Part shown: piece by piece, positions 49,316 to 62,676 of the stretch | How the letters are laid out: every line of letters begins with the position of its first letter | Position numbering within the stretch: the stretch's first letter is position 1 | Source: Selaginella moellendorffii | Lineage: Eukaryota > Plantae > Lycopodiophyta | Length of the DNA: 64,000 nucleotides | Direction: 5' to 3' | NCBI RefSeq assembly: GCF_000143415.4 | Contig: NW_003314281.1 | Coordinates: 2,213,405 to 2,277,404, forward strand | Translations under genes and position numbers: made by a program | The notes under the pieces: generated by a model | The model's input: the letters and a program-made list of their open reading frames with translations, nothing else | The model's database searches: none | What the model was told of the DNA's origin: nothing

Positions 49316-51909
49316 AGCTCTCTTCCATCCTCGAGCAATCTAGCGGCCGCGAATTTCTTGGGGAGTGATGCTGCGAGCTTGCGATCGGCCTCACTGGATG
49401 TGATCTCGATGCGTTTGAGCACCGGGATCATGAAAAGAGGGCCATACATCCAAGGGCCTTGTACTTCATATTCTCAAGAACTTCCGAAGAAAAAGGCTAC
49501 TTTGGTTTCAATTGAGGAGACAGTGATGACAGGGGCTTCAAAAGAACCAGCTCAACAATACGCTGACCAGATGCTGCACTACGAGCTGGAAAATGACGTT
49601 GGAAAAGATGCTGTAGAAGTTAGAACCGAGTCTGCTTGTAAGGAATAGTACAGTGGCGATGACAGGAGTACTCCTCAAGTGCTGAATAGTCAAGTGGACG
49701 ATTGGACCAAAACAACTACAATCGTCGGTGAGAAGGAAGTTAACTCTTGAAACATTTAATCCAGGTGACCAGAACATTCGGGAGCCTGTTTCCTAAAGAA
49801 GAAAGAAGTCACGAAGGTTTGCCGCTTTAACATGCTTGCTTTCTTTCTCACTCGCATTACCGGAGGAACTTTTAGACGACTATAAACAAGGTTAAAATTG
49901 ACTGGAGTGCTCTATGGAGTACGAAGTCAAGGCAAGTTCTGTTTGTAAGCCAGCATTTCTTCTATTTGGTCTTCTAAATTCTTCTATGCTTGCTGATTGC
50001 AGATAGTTGAAATGAAAATGATGATGCTAAACATGAAATCTCAGTATCGGCAGCAGATGACAACTACCGGAAAAGGCCATATCAATCAATGTGAAACTTC
50101 TACAGCTGCCAATGATGAAAGAGCTTTCCTTGGTTACAAGCAACCAAGCGAAACAAAACGTTGATTTTCTGAAGAAGCAAATGCAAAAGCTAGGATAAAG
50201 AAAACTTGAGTAGGGAGCTCTTTTCTATAATATCTTTTTCTTATATTATATTGTTTAAAATAAAATTTTGGATATGTGAATATCGAGAGGGGAAGTTGCA
50301 ATAAAAAATTGACTCCATCCTTCAATTGAAATAAACTTGTCCATACAAGTTTATCCACGGAAGTTTGTTTTTAAACTAAGTTGTGAATGAACAAGAGTGC
50401 CCCTTTATCTTGAAAATATCTACCATGGGCCTTGCCTTTAGTATAAATCTTGTCTCCTGAATGGACATGTTTGGGTCCAGTGACCTTGCAAATGCATGGG
50501 TACATTTTGACCATATGGAGTACGTATTAGGTTGGACAACTATGGGAGCTCATGTGTATGATCTAAAGTAATTTTTATTCTCATTATATTGAAATTGTTG
50601 TAATATTTGTGTTTTCATATGCTATATTGTAACTTGACAATTGTGACAGTAGAGTTTAAAGTACAAGACCAAACAACCCAAGAAATATTTTGGAAGTCCC
50701 TTTCGGATATTGTCCTAAAGCAGACTGATAAGCTTACAAACTTTCGCAGTTTCATGATAGATGGGGCTAGTGTAAATTGGAATGGTGTTCGAGCAATTTT
50801 TGGGAATGGTCAATTATTGGAAGGTTATGAGAGTTCCATTGGGCTCAAATCCTAAACTAACACTGCCACTTTATCTAGCCAAAGTTTCAATTAATGTTTA
50901 AGGAGTTGTGTAAACAGTGATAGATTGCACATTCTAAAGAAGAGCATAAGGTAAAAGCAAATAAGATTTGAATGTGATGGTGTAAATATGGCCATACGGA
51001 TATAAATTGTTTATTACAACTTGAGTCATGGTTAGGGTGGTGGGAAGTTAAGATGTTCCAGTAGGGACATCACTCTTTTTAAGTTGGTTTCTATTTTTTC
51101 TTCTCATTTTATTGCCTTTTAATATTGCCTTTTCCATTAGTGGAGTACTCCCTGAGCTTCTATTGGTTATATGAAGATTGTTCGCTTAAAGTGTTGTTTT
51201 CCTTTTGCTGGTGAAGATGTTGGTAATAAAAATACTTTTTCTGCAAACATCTTATTTTTTGTTTTAACAAATATCCCTATTATGGCATGTAATAAATATT
51301 TAAATTGTTAGAACAAGAAGTGCTCTTTAGAACATTTTTATCTATATAATATGTATGGAGGTATGAAATTATTAAATTCATAACCTTATTTAAAGTTTTT
51401 AATGTTTGTATTAAACTACAATTGAAATTTGAGCTCAACTTATGAGCTCAACTCTTCAACTTGTGAGTTCAAATATAGTCCACACTCTATAAAATCTATA
51501 ACATGGATATAAACATGGTTGGAACTTAGTGTGTTTTATGATTTAGATAAGTTTAAGGTGCAAATGGTGCAAAGCTATTTTGAGTACACTTTTGGAATAT
51601 TTACAAAGTCTAATAAATGGTCAGCTCTTGTTTTGGGTTTAATTTTGTGTTTATCATCAACTTTTAGAATGCTATTATGGTGATCCCATCCAGTATTGTG
51701 GAGGATTCAAGGACTAAAATGAAATCGAGGAAGTTATGTCTAAAGCTTAGACATGCTAATGTTTTTATCACTATCATCTCCAACTGAGGTTGCTGATTAT
51801 CAACTCACTTGGCAAGAATAGCAAAATCAACACATTTTAACACTTTGATTTATAAGAACTACTGCCCTTAAAGAATATACTCAGACAGCGGCGGCTAGGG
51901 CTTAAGCCC

Positions 51910-54900
51910 ATGGAGGTGGATGCGAGCACTGTGGAGGAGTTTGTAGAGTTCATCGAAGACATAGATGGGGCAGAGGGCTGCGAATTTTACCTTGATGATG
52001 GTAGAGTGGCGGTACATGATGTTCTCCAGGAGTTCTCGGCTGTCTTTATCAGTGTGAAGCGCTATGAGCAAGGCAGGGTCAGGTGGAGACGTCTACAGGC
52101 AGGGGAAGACGGCCTGAGCAGGTCTACATATGTGCCTGGATCTTCTCATACTATTCGGGCAACGAAGGCTCCTACACGTAAGTAGCGTTGCCTGGATCTG
52201 CCGGCCTGGTGTGGTTTTCGCAACTTTGTGGTCTTTGGATCTGTGTTCTTTCTGGGCTGTGCGTTATTTAGGAGTGCTTCTCGTTTCGCCCTTTTTTTGC
52301 CTCGTCGCGCCTCTTGCCCCCTGGCTATGCCGAGTACTGACAAGTTTATATTTCTGTTTCAGCGACCCTGCCGATAACCCTTCAAGCTGCGCCAGGTAAG
52401 CAATTGCTGAGCAAAACCACTTCTTGGCTGGAACTTGGCGTTTACTTGTCGTGGTGCTAGTGCCTGGTCTCTGTGTGTTTGTGAAGCCCTTCGGCTGTTG
52501 CCTTTGTTGGTGCGGTGTGTTTTTTTTGCTGTGTAGCTTGTAGAACGTGTTGCCTGGATTTTTCTGCATCTGCGGCTCTTCGTACGTACGGGGTTATGCT
52601 TTGGTGTTTAATGTGTTGGTGTACTGTGGCTATTTCTACTACTGACACATTTGTGTTGTTGTAGTGTCGAGGTTGCTGGATGTATACACAAAACAACTGG
52701 AGGATGCAAGGTTTCTTCGCGGGATGCCGGCGAGGAGGGTGCCAGGCTGCAAATTGCCTCTTGTGGACAACGGTGCGCAGCCGTATTTACATGCGGACTT
52801 GGGAGATTATTTTACTTTGGTCGGAAGGGACGAGACGATTCAGCATCTTATGGCAGCCGCTGCACGGGTCTTTGCAACTTTTATGAACACGACGGCCAGT
52901 GCCTCGGATATTGAACGAAAAGAGTTCATGTTGATGGTCATCGGATTTCCTGGCGCAGGTAAAACAACTGTCGGGTCATGCCTTTCAGCTCTCCTCAGAG
53001 AAGCGTGGTTGAGGGGCACAGAAACAGGGGCTATAGATGCCATTCTCGAGGACCAGCTTGGTTCTGGTAGGCTTGTCACTCAGTTCAAGGAAATGGTGAA
53101 TAATGTGTTGGAGACCGGGAAACACCTTCGAATGTATCATTCCCTTGAGACGACAAGGACTGGGGGTGCACTTCTGCTTGAGAACGGCCTGGAAGGCGCA
53201 CAGGTTTTGGCCCTTCGGTCCTTGCATGCAGCACTTTGTCCAATGAATACGACTGCATATGGTGATTTTCTCAAGGAGTTGGATGGCATATTTCCGGGCC
53301 TGAGGAATGTGCTGGCTTTCGGAGATGTGGTCGACTTCATTCGAACTGGTCTTAAGGTTCCTGCCGACAAGCGAATTTTCCTATCTTGGTTTTTTGATGA
53401 AGTCAATAAGGCTCGACCTCAGCGAGGTCGCCCAGCTGCATCGTCCTGGATTCATGAAGCTTTCTCGGCCTACGTTCAACATATCAAAGGTAACCGAGGT
53501 GGCTTGACGTTTCCTGTACTTACAGCAGCAACGACCCGATTTTCTGGGGCCACAATGCGTTACACGTCTACGGAGAATGCTACGAGTATTTTTATCCCTA
53601 TCAGGCCTTTGAAAGAGGAGGAAGTGGAACATATAACGAAAATCTTCTTTTCAAGACTAGGAGATACTCTCGACATGGAGAAACCATTTGAGTTGAAGGA
53701 CGGACTAAGGAAGCTGATAAAGTTAGCAGGAGGTAATCCTAGGATGCTTGATCACCTGTTGAGAGGGTTGATGCCCGAGCACCCTCATCTCGAAGCTTTG
53801 AAGTTCTACGAGAAGGTTTGTTCGGCTCTTTTTTGTCTTTTTTCTTGATGTGATGAGAAGTTTTTTTATGTTTGTTACAGGTGGATCAAGATCTCACCCA
53901 AGCCGATCTGTGCAAAACAATAACGAATGCGTGGAAACGTATTAAGGGCAGTTATTATCTTCACTACCTTCATGACAGCAACTATTTGTTAGTGCTACGA
54001 GCTCTTTATGTTGCGCTGCTGGGGACCCTTATCAATCGGGACGACCTAGTATGGCCAGGCATTTACAGTGATAAGTGGGGATTTTTAGAGTCTTGCGGTT
54101 TAGTTGGACTCTTACGCAACGAGGTACTTTTCTGGTATTTCAGAAGTTTATGTGAGTGCTTATGTGGGGTTAATTTACAGGAGGAGCCGCCTCCCCATAA
54201 GCAGGTAAAATTATCGAAACAGGAAGACACAAAGAATGGAATGCGCGCTTTTTCCATCATGTTCTCTCCACTCCTTATATACCATCTTGTCGAGAACCTA
54301 CATGTGGCGGAGCTGCGACATTTATGGCCTCCTATACTGGATTCTAATCCCAAGGTTAAGGAGGTATCAGACCTCATGTGCATTGTCTTCATGATATACA
54401 TGGGTAAGCTTTTTCATGATCGCGAGAAGGACACGGTGTTCGAGTTCACACTCAAAGACATTCTCCCCTCAAATTTCCGCGTTCCTGCACGTATGCAAGC
54501 TTTGAAGTTCCGGTTGCCAGCTGGTGCAAGGTTTGGACCTCCGAAACGTCAGCCTCATCAGATTCATGAAGCAGAGGCATTTCAAGCCTTTTTAAATGAC
54601 AACAAGAAGCAATTCTATTGGGTTGGTATTGGCAACCATGGACCTGATAGCTTCATCCATCTAAAGCTAGTGGTTGTGGAGGATACGTTGGATGATTTTT
54701 TTATATTTCTTGAGAGTAAGCACAGGGAATGTTATGAAGGCCAACAAGCAAGATGGGAACAAGATTTTCTGAAGAAAACATGGAGGATAGAGCAATGGAT
54801 AGAAGGTATTTAATTTTATTTGTGGGTGGTTAAATGTGTGTCTTTTCAGATGGGGAGTACGCTGTCATTTTTATGACAGACCAAGCATTGCATAACGTGA

Positions 54901-55360
54901 TTCGGAAAGTAAAAAAGCAGGATAAGATGGTTGTTCCGAAGGTGGATACATGCTATTACGGGTATCCGCAGCAGAGTCCATTTGGTACGTTTTTTTATGC
55001 TTTTCTTTTTGTTAGAATTGGTTTTTATGTTTTTATGTTGTATGTGTAGGTTTATTTAGTGCCGTGAGGCACACATCAATGCTAGCAGCTGCAAGTTGGA
55101 GTTGGAGAGGAAAACAAACGAGAGAACCTTTTGATCCAACCTACGAACCTAGTGGTAATCCACGGGGTGCTGAGCGAAGAACACCACCAAGAACACGCTC
55201 TAAAACCCGAGGACAGGTTGGAAGAACACGCTCTAAAACCCCAGGACAGGTTGGAAGAACACGCTCTAAAACCCGAGGACAGGTTGGAAGAACACGCTCT
55301 AAAACCCAAGGACAGGTTGGAAGAACACGCTCTAAAGGTGCCACGAAGCGAAAAAGGTAA
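51910..55360 (+). CDS. CR-like NTPase + PD-(D/E)xK nuclease protein, copy 3. Exons 51910-52177, 52363-52395, 52665-53815, 53881-54123, 54181-54805, 54850-54984, 55050-55360
   Basis: Translations identical to copy 1 at offset +24024; two synonymous changes seen (53644, 54003). Confidence 0.85.
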
Positions 55361-58300
55361 CCAGGAGGTTTGACAAGCACCATCAATGGTTTGCACAAAG
55401 TATTAATGTGTGCAATTGTCCTGTATAGAAAGAGATATGTATCTTAACCTTAATGGGCGTGAATATCTTTTACCAATACTCACTATATCATTTTTAAGTG
55501 TTGTGCTGAATGTGTGGTGAGTGCTCACACACCACAAAAAAGTTTTTGTGGTGCATGAGCATTCGAGCCCATGCTCTTTTGGAATATTGTAGTTGATACT
55601 ATATTCACATGCATTGTGATGAGAGATGGGTCTGAAATTAGACAATACATGGGGTATGATAGTGAGTGTAAATCCCAGCTCCCTCATGCCCACATCAACA
55701 GTATAATCAAAGCATTTTGCCACTTTATGAAAGAGAATTTTCTGTTAGCTACACACATCAGAATTTTTGTAGCCATTGCCAATGCTTAGTGGTAGCAGGG
55801 CCTTGGTTTAATGTATTTTTAATAGCTCTTAGAACAACATGTATAACTTATAGCAGAGAGAAATCAGTCTACTCCAATTTCAATATTGGATCATTTGTGC
55901 TACCTAGGGAGGGGGAATAGTCAAACTCACCTTGATTTCACCACATACGAGGTGAGCTCCTCCAATAATGTAGAAGCACGAAGTCAGTGAGAGTATTAGA
56001 GTTTTAGACAAAGATCTAAAGACCCAATGAGCTCTTTAATCTGATGCAAATGCAAATCTCACCCACAAGTCTCTTCACACTAGAATTTTAAGAAATCCTG
56101 TTCATTGGAAACTTTTTCCAACCAAGAAAAGGTGGCACCTTGTTCTTAACCCGCAAAATACATTTGGGTTTGTAGCTGTCTTCCACCTGCTTCAATCTAA
56201 CAACGTCTCTACCAACACTGAGGCCAGGAGGTGATGTGCTATGCCAATTCCATTGCATTGCACTACAACCAAGTGAGAATCTCGCTAGCTGTGAGAGAAA
56301 CAAACAATGATTACTTCACAAAATTCCTTGGGGATGTCCTATTGCTAGTAGCCAACCATGAAGTAAAACAAAGCCTTCCAAAACACTCTAAAGCTTATTA
56401 AAACTGAATGCAATTTTACTGGCACTCATAATCTTCTCATTAATCACTAATATCATTTTTAAAACACTTTTGAAGACTTTTAAATGCTTCAGAAAAGGGG
56501 TGAAGCCCAACCCAACCCTTCCTTATTATTGCCCTCCTTTTTATAGTTGGCTCTCCCAATGATTTCTTCTAGTTCTCTATTGATTGTAGACTTCAAGGAA
56601 TATCCATGCATCTCCACATCACATCCTAAATGTAATGTCGATCAAAACATGATTTCCATTGTTTCCAGGGTTTGGACAGCATAGCTATGCCACATGCCAC
56701 CACCTAGGATGCAATCCTACTTCTTTAGGTTTTGCCCAAGCTCATACTTCTCAGCTAATGCTCCCACATTCATTGTTAACAAGTGAATCTTATCCTTGTT
56801 TGATCTCTAGGGCCAATCCCAACTGTCCTTAACAACATCTAAACTTTTGAGGTAGACCCAATAGCACCTTCTTAAAGCTTCTCCACCATCTCTCCCTTAG
56901 CTAAAATAGAAAATTCCTATATCTACTGCTTTGTGGGAATCTCTAAACCTATCCTAGATTCCTTTTGTTTCAGCATCCCTTTGCCACTTGCTCAATAGGT
57001 GATTCCATTCTACACTTGCTCCTTGGTTGTCTTCTCAAGCTCAAGCAATGCCTCTGCATCCTCTGAGATGTCCTCATCCTTGTCTTTTAGCTTGCTAATG
57101 GTGTCCTCTGAGTCATCACCTAGGTCCAGCTCCTCCCTAGTGAACTCCTCAAATTTCTACTTAGACTCCTCTTCTCCTATCGCTTCCTTCCATAAGATCT
57201 TAATTTCCTAGTGCAAAGTCTTTTGTTGCAACTTTTTCCTTGAGGATCTAGTTGACACGATTGCCTCAATCAGCTTCCCTATTGTCCAAAGCTGCCACAC
57301 CATAAGCTTTTATAATATAGAGCTCTCCTCCACAATTTAATTGTTTTTTTGAATCTTTATTAGTGTGTTTTCATATTGGGTGTTGAACTCCATAATTTGT
57401 TATTCAAATTCTAACTTTTGTTGTCCCTGTGCCTTTACTAAATGTTGTATGATATAGTAAGCAATTTCAACCTGTTGTGATGCACTCTTTTTATCAGCCA
57501 TTTTAGGTGGCTTTATCTGAGGGTAGTGTATTAGAGTAGAATGATACTCAACATCAGGCATATGAGAGCTTTTTACTCTAATGTCTATGCCAACATCTTC
57601 ACTAACAAAGGAAAAACAATGCTTTGAGTGGACTATCTTCATATCACTAATAGAAGCTCGAGAAGTGTACTCCATAGATATGCCGTGGAGCACTTCCTCA
57701 ATTGCAGTTACCATTATTTAGGCGGGTGGAGTCAATTTTCTCTTCATCCTATCATGTAACATCTCAATAGAAAGCCTTGTTCCCATGTAACCACTTGAGG
57801 ACCTCGCATACACCCCAATTGTGAATCTCTCCAAAAGTAAGCACTAGAGTTGGCATTTCTCTGAAGCAGGGAAAGGGAAGATGAGTCTATATGAAGTCTA
57901 TTAAATTTAATATGCACTATAAAGCAATCTTCAAAAGTGTTCCAATTTGAGGAGATATTAAAAAGCAATAAAATGACAAGAAAAATAGAAACCAACTTAA
58001 AAAGAGTGATGTCCCCATTGGAACATCTTAACTTTTACCACCTTAACTATGACTCAAGTTGAGGTAAGCAACTTGTGTTTGCATAGCCACCTTCACGCCA
58101 TCATATTTAAATTTTATTTACCTTTGCCTTGTGCTTTTCTTTAAAGGATGCAGGTTGCCATTATTTGCACAACTCCTTAAAAACTGATTGAAACTTTGGC
58201 TTGATAAGATGGTAGTGTTAGTTTAGGCTCTGAACCTAATAGAACTCACAAGTCCTCTCATGACCTTTTAATGGTTAACTAGTTCTAAAAATTGCTTGGA

Positions 58301-61300
58301 CACCATTCTAGTTTGCACTAGCCCTATCTACCATGAAATAACAAAATTTTATAGGCTTCCAGTCCGCTTTAGCATAATATCAAAAAGGGACTTCCAAAAT
58401 ATTTCCTGGGTTGTTTGGTTTTTTATTTTAAACTTTATTGTTGCAATTGTCAAGTTATAATATAGCCTATGAAAAAACAAATATTACAACCATTTCAATA
58501 TAATGAGAATAAAAATTACCTTGGATACATGTGAGCTCCCATAGTTGTCCAACCTAATACACGCTCCATATGGTCAAAATGTACCCCTACATTGTAGAGA
58601 TTCACACATCCAATTTTTTATCCTAAACAATATAATGTAGAAAATATATATTTTTGTAATGTACAAATATACCTCCTCAGACTAGTAGCAAGTTGTACTC
58701 CTCATAGTAAATTCTGTAGGCTAACCTTATTTAGTTGAGTCTTTGGTAGCCTAGATTAAGTAGGGTGTTTGCAATAAAACCCTTAAAGACGATCTTTTAA
58801 ACATGCTTTAGAGTTGCAGATAAGTTTCTCATAGTTTCTTTCTGCACAACATCTTTGAAATAGTTGAAAGAACTTTTTTGTATCCTTTCTTGTATTGGAT
58901 GCATATATATGTCAACATATACTACAACTCTTCTAGCCATTCCATCCCATGGAAGAATGTTAGGACCCTATCCCTTACATCTTAAGCCAACTAGCTAAAA
59001 GGGTGATCACTTGATTGTAGGGCCCTTTCTTTATCCTATTATTCTGATCTATCCTCCCCTTGTCAAAGAATGATCATCTACAATCATATTTAGGCCATCC
59101 TCTAGTCACCATGGTCCTTCTTTTAGGGTTTACCAAACCTTGGTTCTCCCTCTAGATCCACTATGTTAAATATTCCTTTTGAATATTCTTGCCCTACTCA
59201 TCAGCCACAAGAATAGAACTGGGCTCCCATACCAATGTTAGGATCCTATCCCTTACATCCTAAGCCAATTTGCTAAAGGGGGGATCACTTGATTGCAGGG
59301 CCCTTTCTTTATCTTATTCTCTTTACCTTGTACCTAACAAAAAAAGTACATCCTAGCCTTGCTGATAGCACAACATAGAGGAGCATATTTGCAAAATTGA
59401 CATTTGAATCTAACAGTAATGGTATCACAGGTAGGATGATTGATTGTAAACCCTTGAAAAATATAGAACTTTTTCCGCGATCTTGATTGCATACTTCATC
59501 CATGCAATCTAAATGCTCACCACAATAAACTACAGACACCATACCTTCAAAATGTTGGAAGTGTGTGGTATTAATCTTGCATCAATTATGGACATTTTGC
59601 TTGGTTTCCATTCCCTTCTGTTTAAAACTTATGTTGTTAACAAGAAGTGGTAGCTCAAAAAAAATATTGCCGTTGTAAGAGGATGGAAGTTTGCTCATGA
59701 ATCTATACAAAAACAAGCACTTGTCAACTGAGACATGCGAAAACTGGAAAGCATTGTTAATGGCTTTGAATATTGTTGAAGATGGAGCTAGTGAATTTGA
59801 CATTGATACTAGCATGGCTTCTCCACTTAAACTAAAAGAAGAGGAGAGGATGACGACTGACTCTTGCTTTACATTCACTTTTGCTAGAGTGCATCTTGGC
59901 ACTTTGATTTGAGATCCAAAAACTCGAATCTCTTTCGATTTAGAATTTTACAAATTTTATTACTGTTTACCCTCACCCACACCGGAAAGAAGAAACCTTG
60001 AGCATGCAACTATACCGGTGTCATTGTGAATCACAACCTCTAACAAAATAGAGTCAAGACGAAAATCAAAACGCCAACATAAAAAACTTTTGAAAACAAT
60101 ACTTTGAGAAAATAAAAGAGGTGGGTGATCTCGAAAATGTAAAAAAAACCTCTCCATCCTTCATAATAGTTTTTGGAGTTCTCTCTCTCTTTATACTATT
60201 TGTAAAAATCTATAGTGAAATATAAATTGAAATTCAAGGAGAGCAATATGAAGAATGTTAATAGCATACAAAATGAATTTAAATTCTATAACAAATTTAA
60301 TATATGCAAGTGTGATAGTTTTAATGTTACTATAATCTATTATAATGTCTGATGCATGTTTGCACATAGATCCAAAGAAGGATTTTCAACACGTGAAGTT
60401 TGATAATTAATAATGATATCAGTAATGACATTTGAGTATAATGTGGCAATCCAAGAGGTCTGAACTAACTAATAGCACATGTGATGTGTCAAGTTTGTTA
60501 AATCTTAAGTGCTAGGTGATGATAAATTTTATCAAATCTTAAGTGCTAAGTAATGATAATTCTTCAATGATAGATTCAATTCTTACTATGACTTGAGTTT
60601 TATCCATAATTGTGAATACTACTCAATGATATTTAATGCATTTAGGATCTAATACAAAAAAAAAAAAATTTCTGGATGAAAATTCATTCATTCATGTATT
60701 AGTATAGTACAATATATTTCAATATGCCTTATTTATAATCTTTAAAGTTCTTGTAATGATTTCAAAATATGTACAAAATATTGATGAAAATGCGTCCTTT
60801 CTAGATAATTTGGAAAAAATAATATCATATCTCTAATAACAGAAATGTTGATAGGTGCTAGTTATATCATCATTAAAATATACAAAATAAAGAACCATAA
60901 TTCACATATAATAATAATTATAAGATAAAATAAGATTCAAGATATTATGATAGCTGAGATTTAGTTATTTGGAAATGAACAGCCAGGATGAGAAATTGGT
61001 TAGGGTTAGGGCAGCCATCAGCCTTGAGGCCCAGAGATTTAGGTTATTTGACATGAACAGCCATGAGAGAGATCCAGAGATAGCGAGAGAGTGTGAGAGA
61101 TGGAGCATGTGAGATTGCGAGAGATCGGGCACTTAAGAGTGCAAAAGATTGAGCATGCTAGAGTGTGAGAGATTGAGAGATTGAGATCTCCAGTGCTGGT
61201 ATCTTCCGAAACTTGAGAGACAGCCTCGTCCTCCTGGTGCCAAGGCCAAGGGCGCGCCGAGGATGTTCCGGGTAAGCTTTTGTTCTCTCTTTTCCTTTGA

Positions 61301-62376
61301 AGTTTGTTTGTTTACTCGTTTCTTCTTTTCAGCTCTCCATCGCGCCCCGCCCTGGCAATCCAGCCATGGAGCTCTCTTCCATCCTTGAGCAATCTAGCAG
61401 CCGCGAATTTCTTGGGGAGCGATGCTGCGAGCTTGCGATCGGCCTCACTGGATGTGATCTCGATGCGTTTGAGCACCGGGATCATGAAAAGAGGGCCATA
61501 CATCCAAGGGCCTTGTACTTCATATTCTCAAGAACTTCCGAAGAAAAAGGCTACTTTGGTTTCAATTGAGGAGACAGTGATGACAGGGGCTTCAAAAGAA
61601 CCAGCTCAACAATACGCTGACCAGATGCTGCACTACGAGCTGGAAAATGACGTCGGAAAAGATGCTGTAGAAGTTAGAACCGAGTCTGCTTGTAAGGAAT
61701 AGTACAGTGGCGATGACAGGAGTACTCCTCAAGTGCTGAATAGTCAAGTGGACGATTGGACCAAAACAACTACAATCGTCGGTGAGAAGGAAGTTAACTC
61801 TTGAAACATTTAATCCAGGTGACCAGAACATTCGGGAGCCTGTTTCCTAAAGAAGAAAGAAGTCACGAAGGTTTGCCGCTTTAACATGCTTGCTTTCTTT
61901 CTCACTCGCATTACCGAAGGACTTTTAGACGACTATAAACAAGGTTAAAATTGACTGGAGTGCTCTATGGAGTACGAAGTCAAGGCAAGTTCTGTTTGTA
62001 AGCCAGCATTTCTTCTATTTGGTCTTCTAAATTCTTCTATGCTTGCTGATTGCAGATAGTTGAAATGAAAATGATGATGCTAAACATGAAATCTCAGTAT
62101 CGGCAGCAGATGACAACTACCGGAAAAGGCCATATCAATCAATGTGAAACTTCTACAGCTGCCAATGATGAAAGAGCTTTCCTCGGTTACAAGCAACCAA
62201 GCGAAACAAAACGTTGATTTTCTGAAGAAGCAGGATAAAGAAAACTTCGAGTAGGGAGCTCTTTTCTATAATATCTTTTTCTCATATTATATTGTTTAAA
62301 ATAAAATTTTGGATATGTGAATATCGAGAGGGGAAGTTGCAATAAAAAATTGACTCCATCCTTCAATTGAAATAAA

Positions 62377-62676
62377 NNNNNNNNNNNNNNNNNNNNNNNN
62401 NNNNNNNNNNNNNNNNNNNNNNNNNNNNNNNNNNNNNNNNNNNNNNNNNNNNNNNNNNNNNNNNNNNNNNNNNNNNNNNNNNNNNNNNNNNNNNNNNNNN
62501 NNNNNNNNNNNNNNNNNNNNNNNNNNNNNNNNNNNNNNNNNNNNNNNNNNNNNNNNNNNNNNNNNNNNNNNNNNNNNNNNNNNNNNNNNNNNNNNNNNNN
62601 NNNNNNNNNNNNNNNNNNNNNNNNNNNNNNNNNNNNNNNNNNNNNNNNNNNNNNNNNNNNNNNNNNNNNNNNNNNN
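62377..62676. other. Assembly gap (other gaps: 8729-9084, 12663-12780, 13789-14055)
   Basis: Runs of N. Confidence 0.99.
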
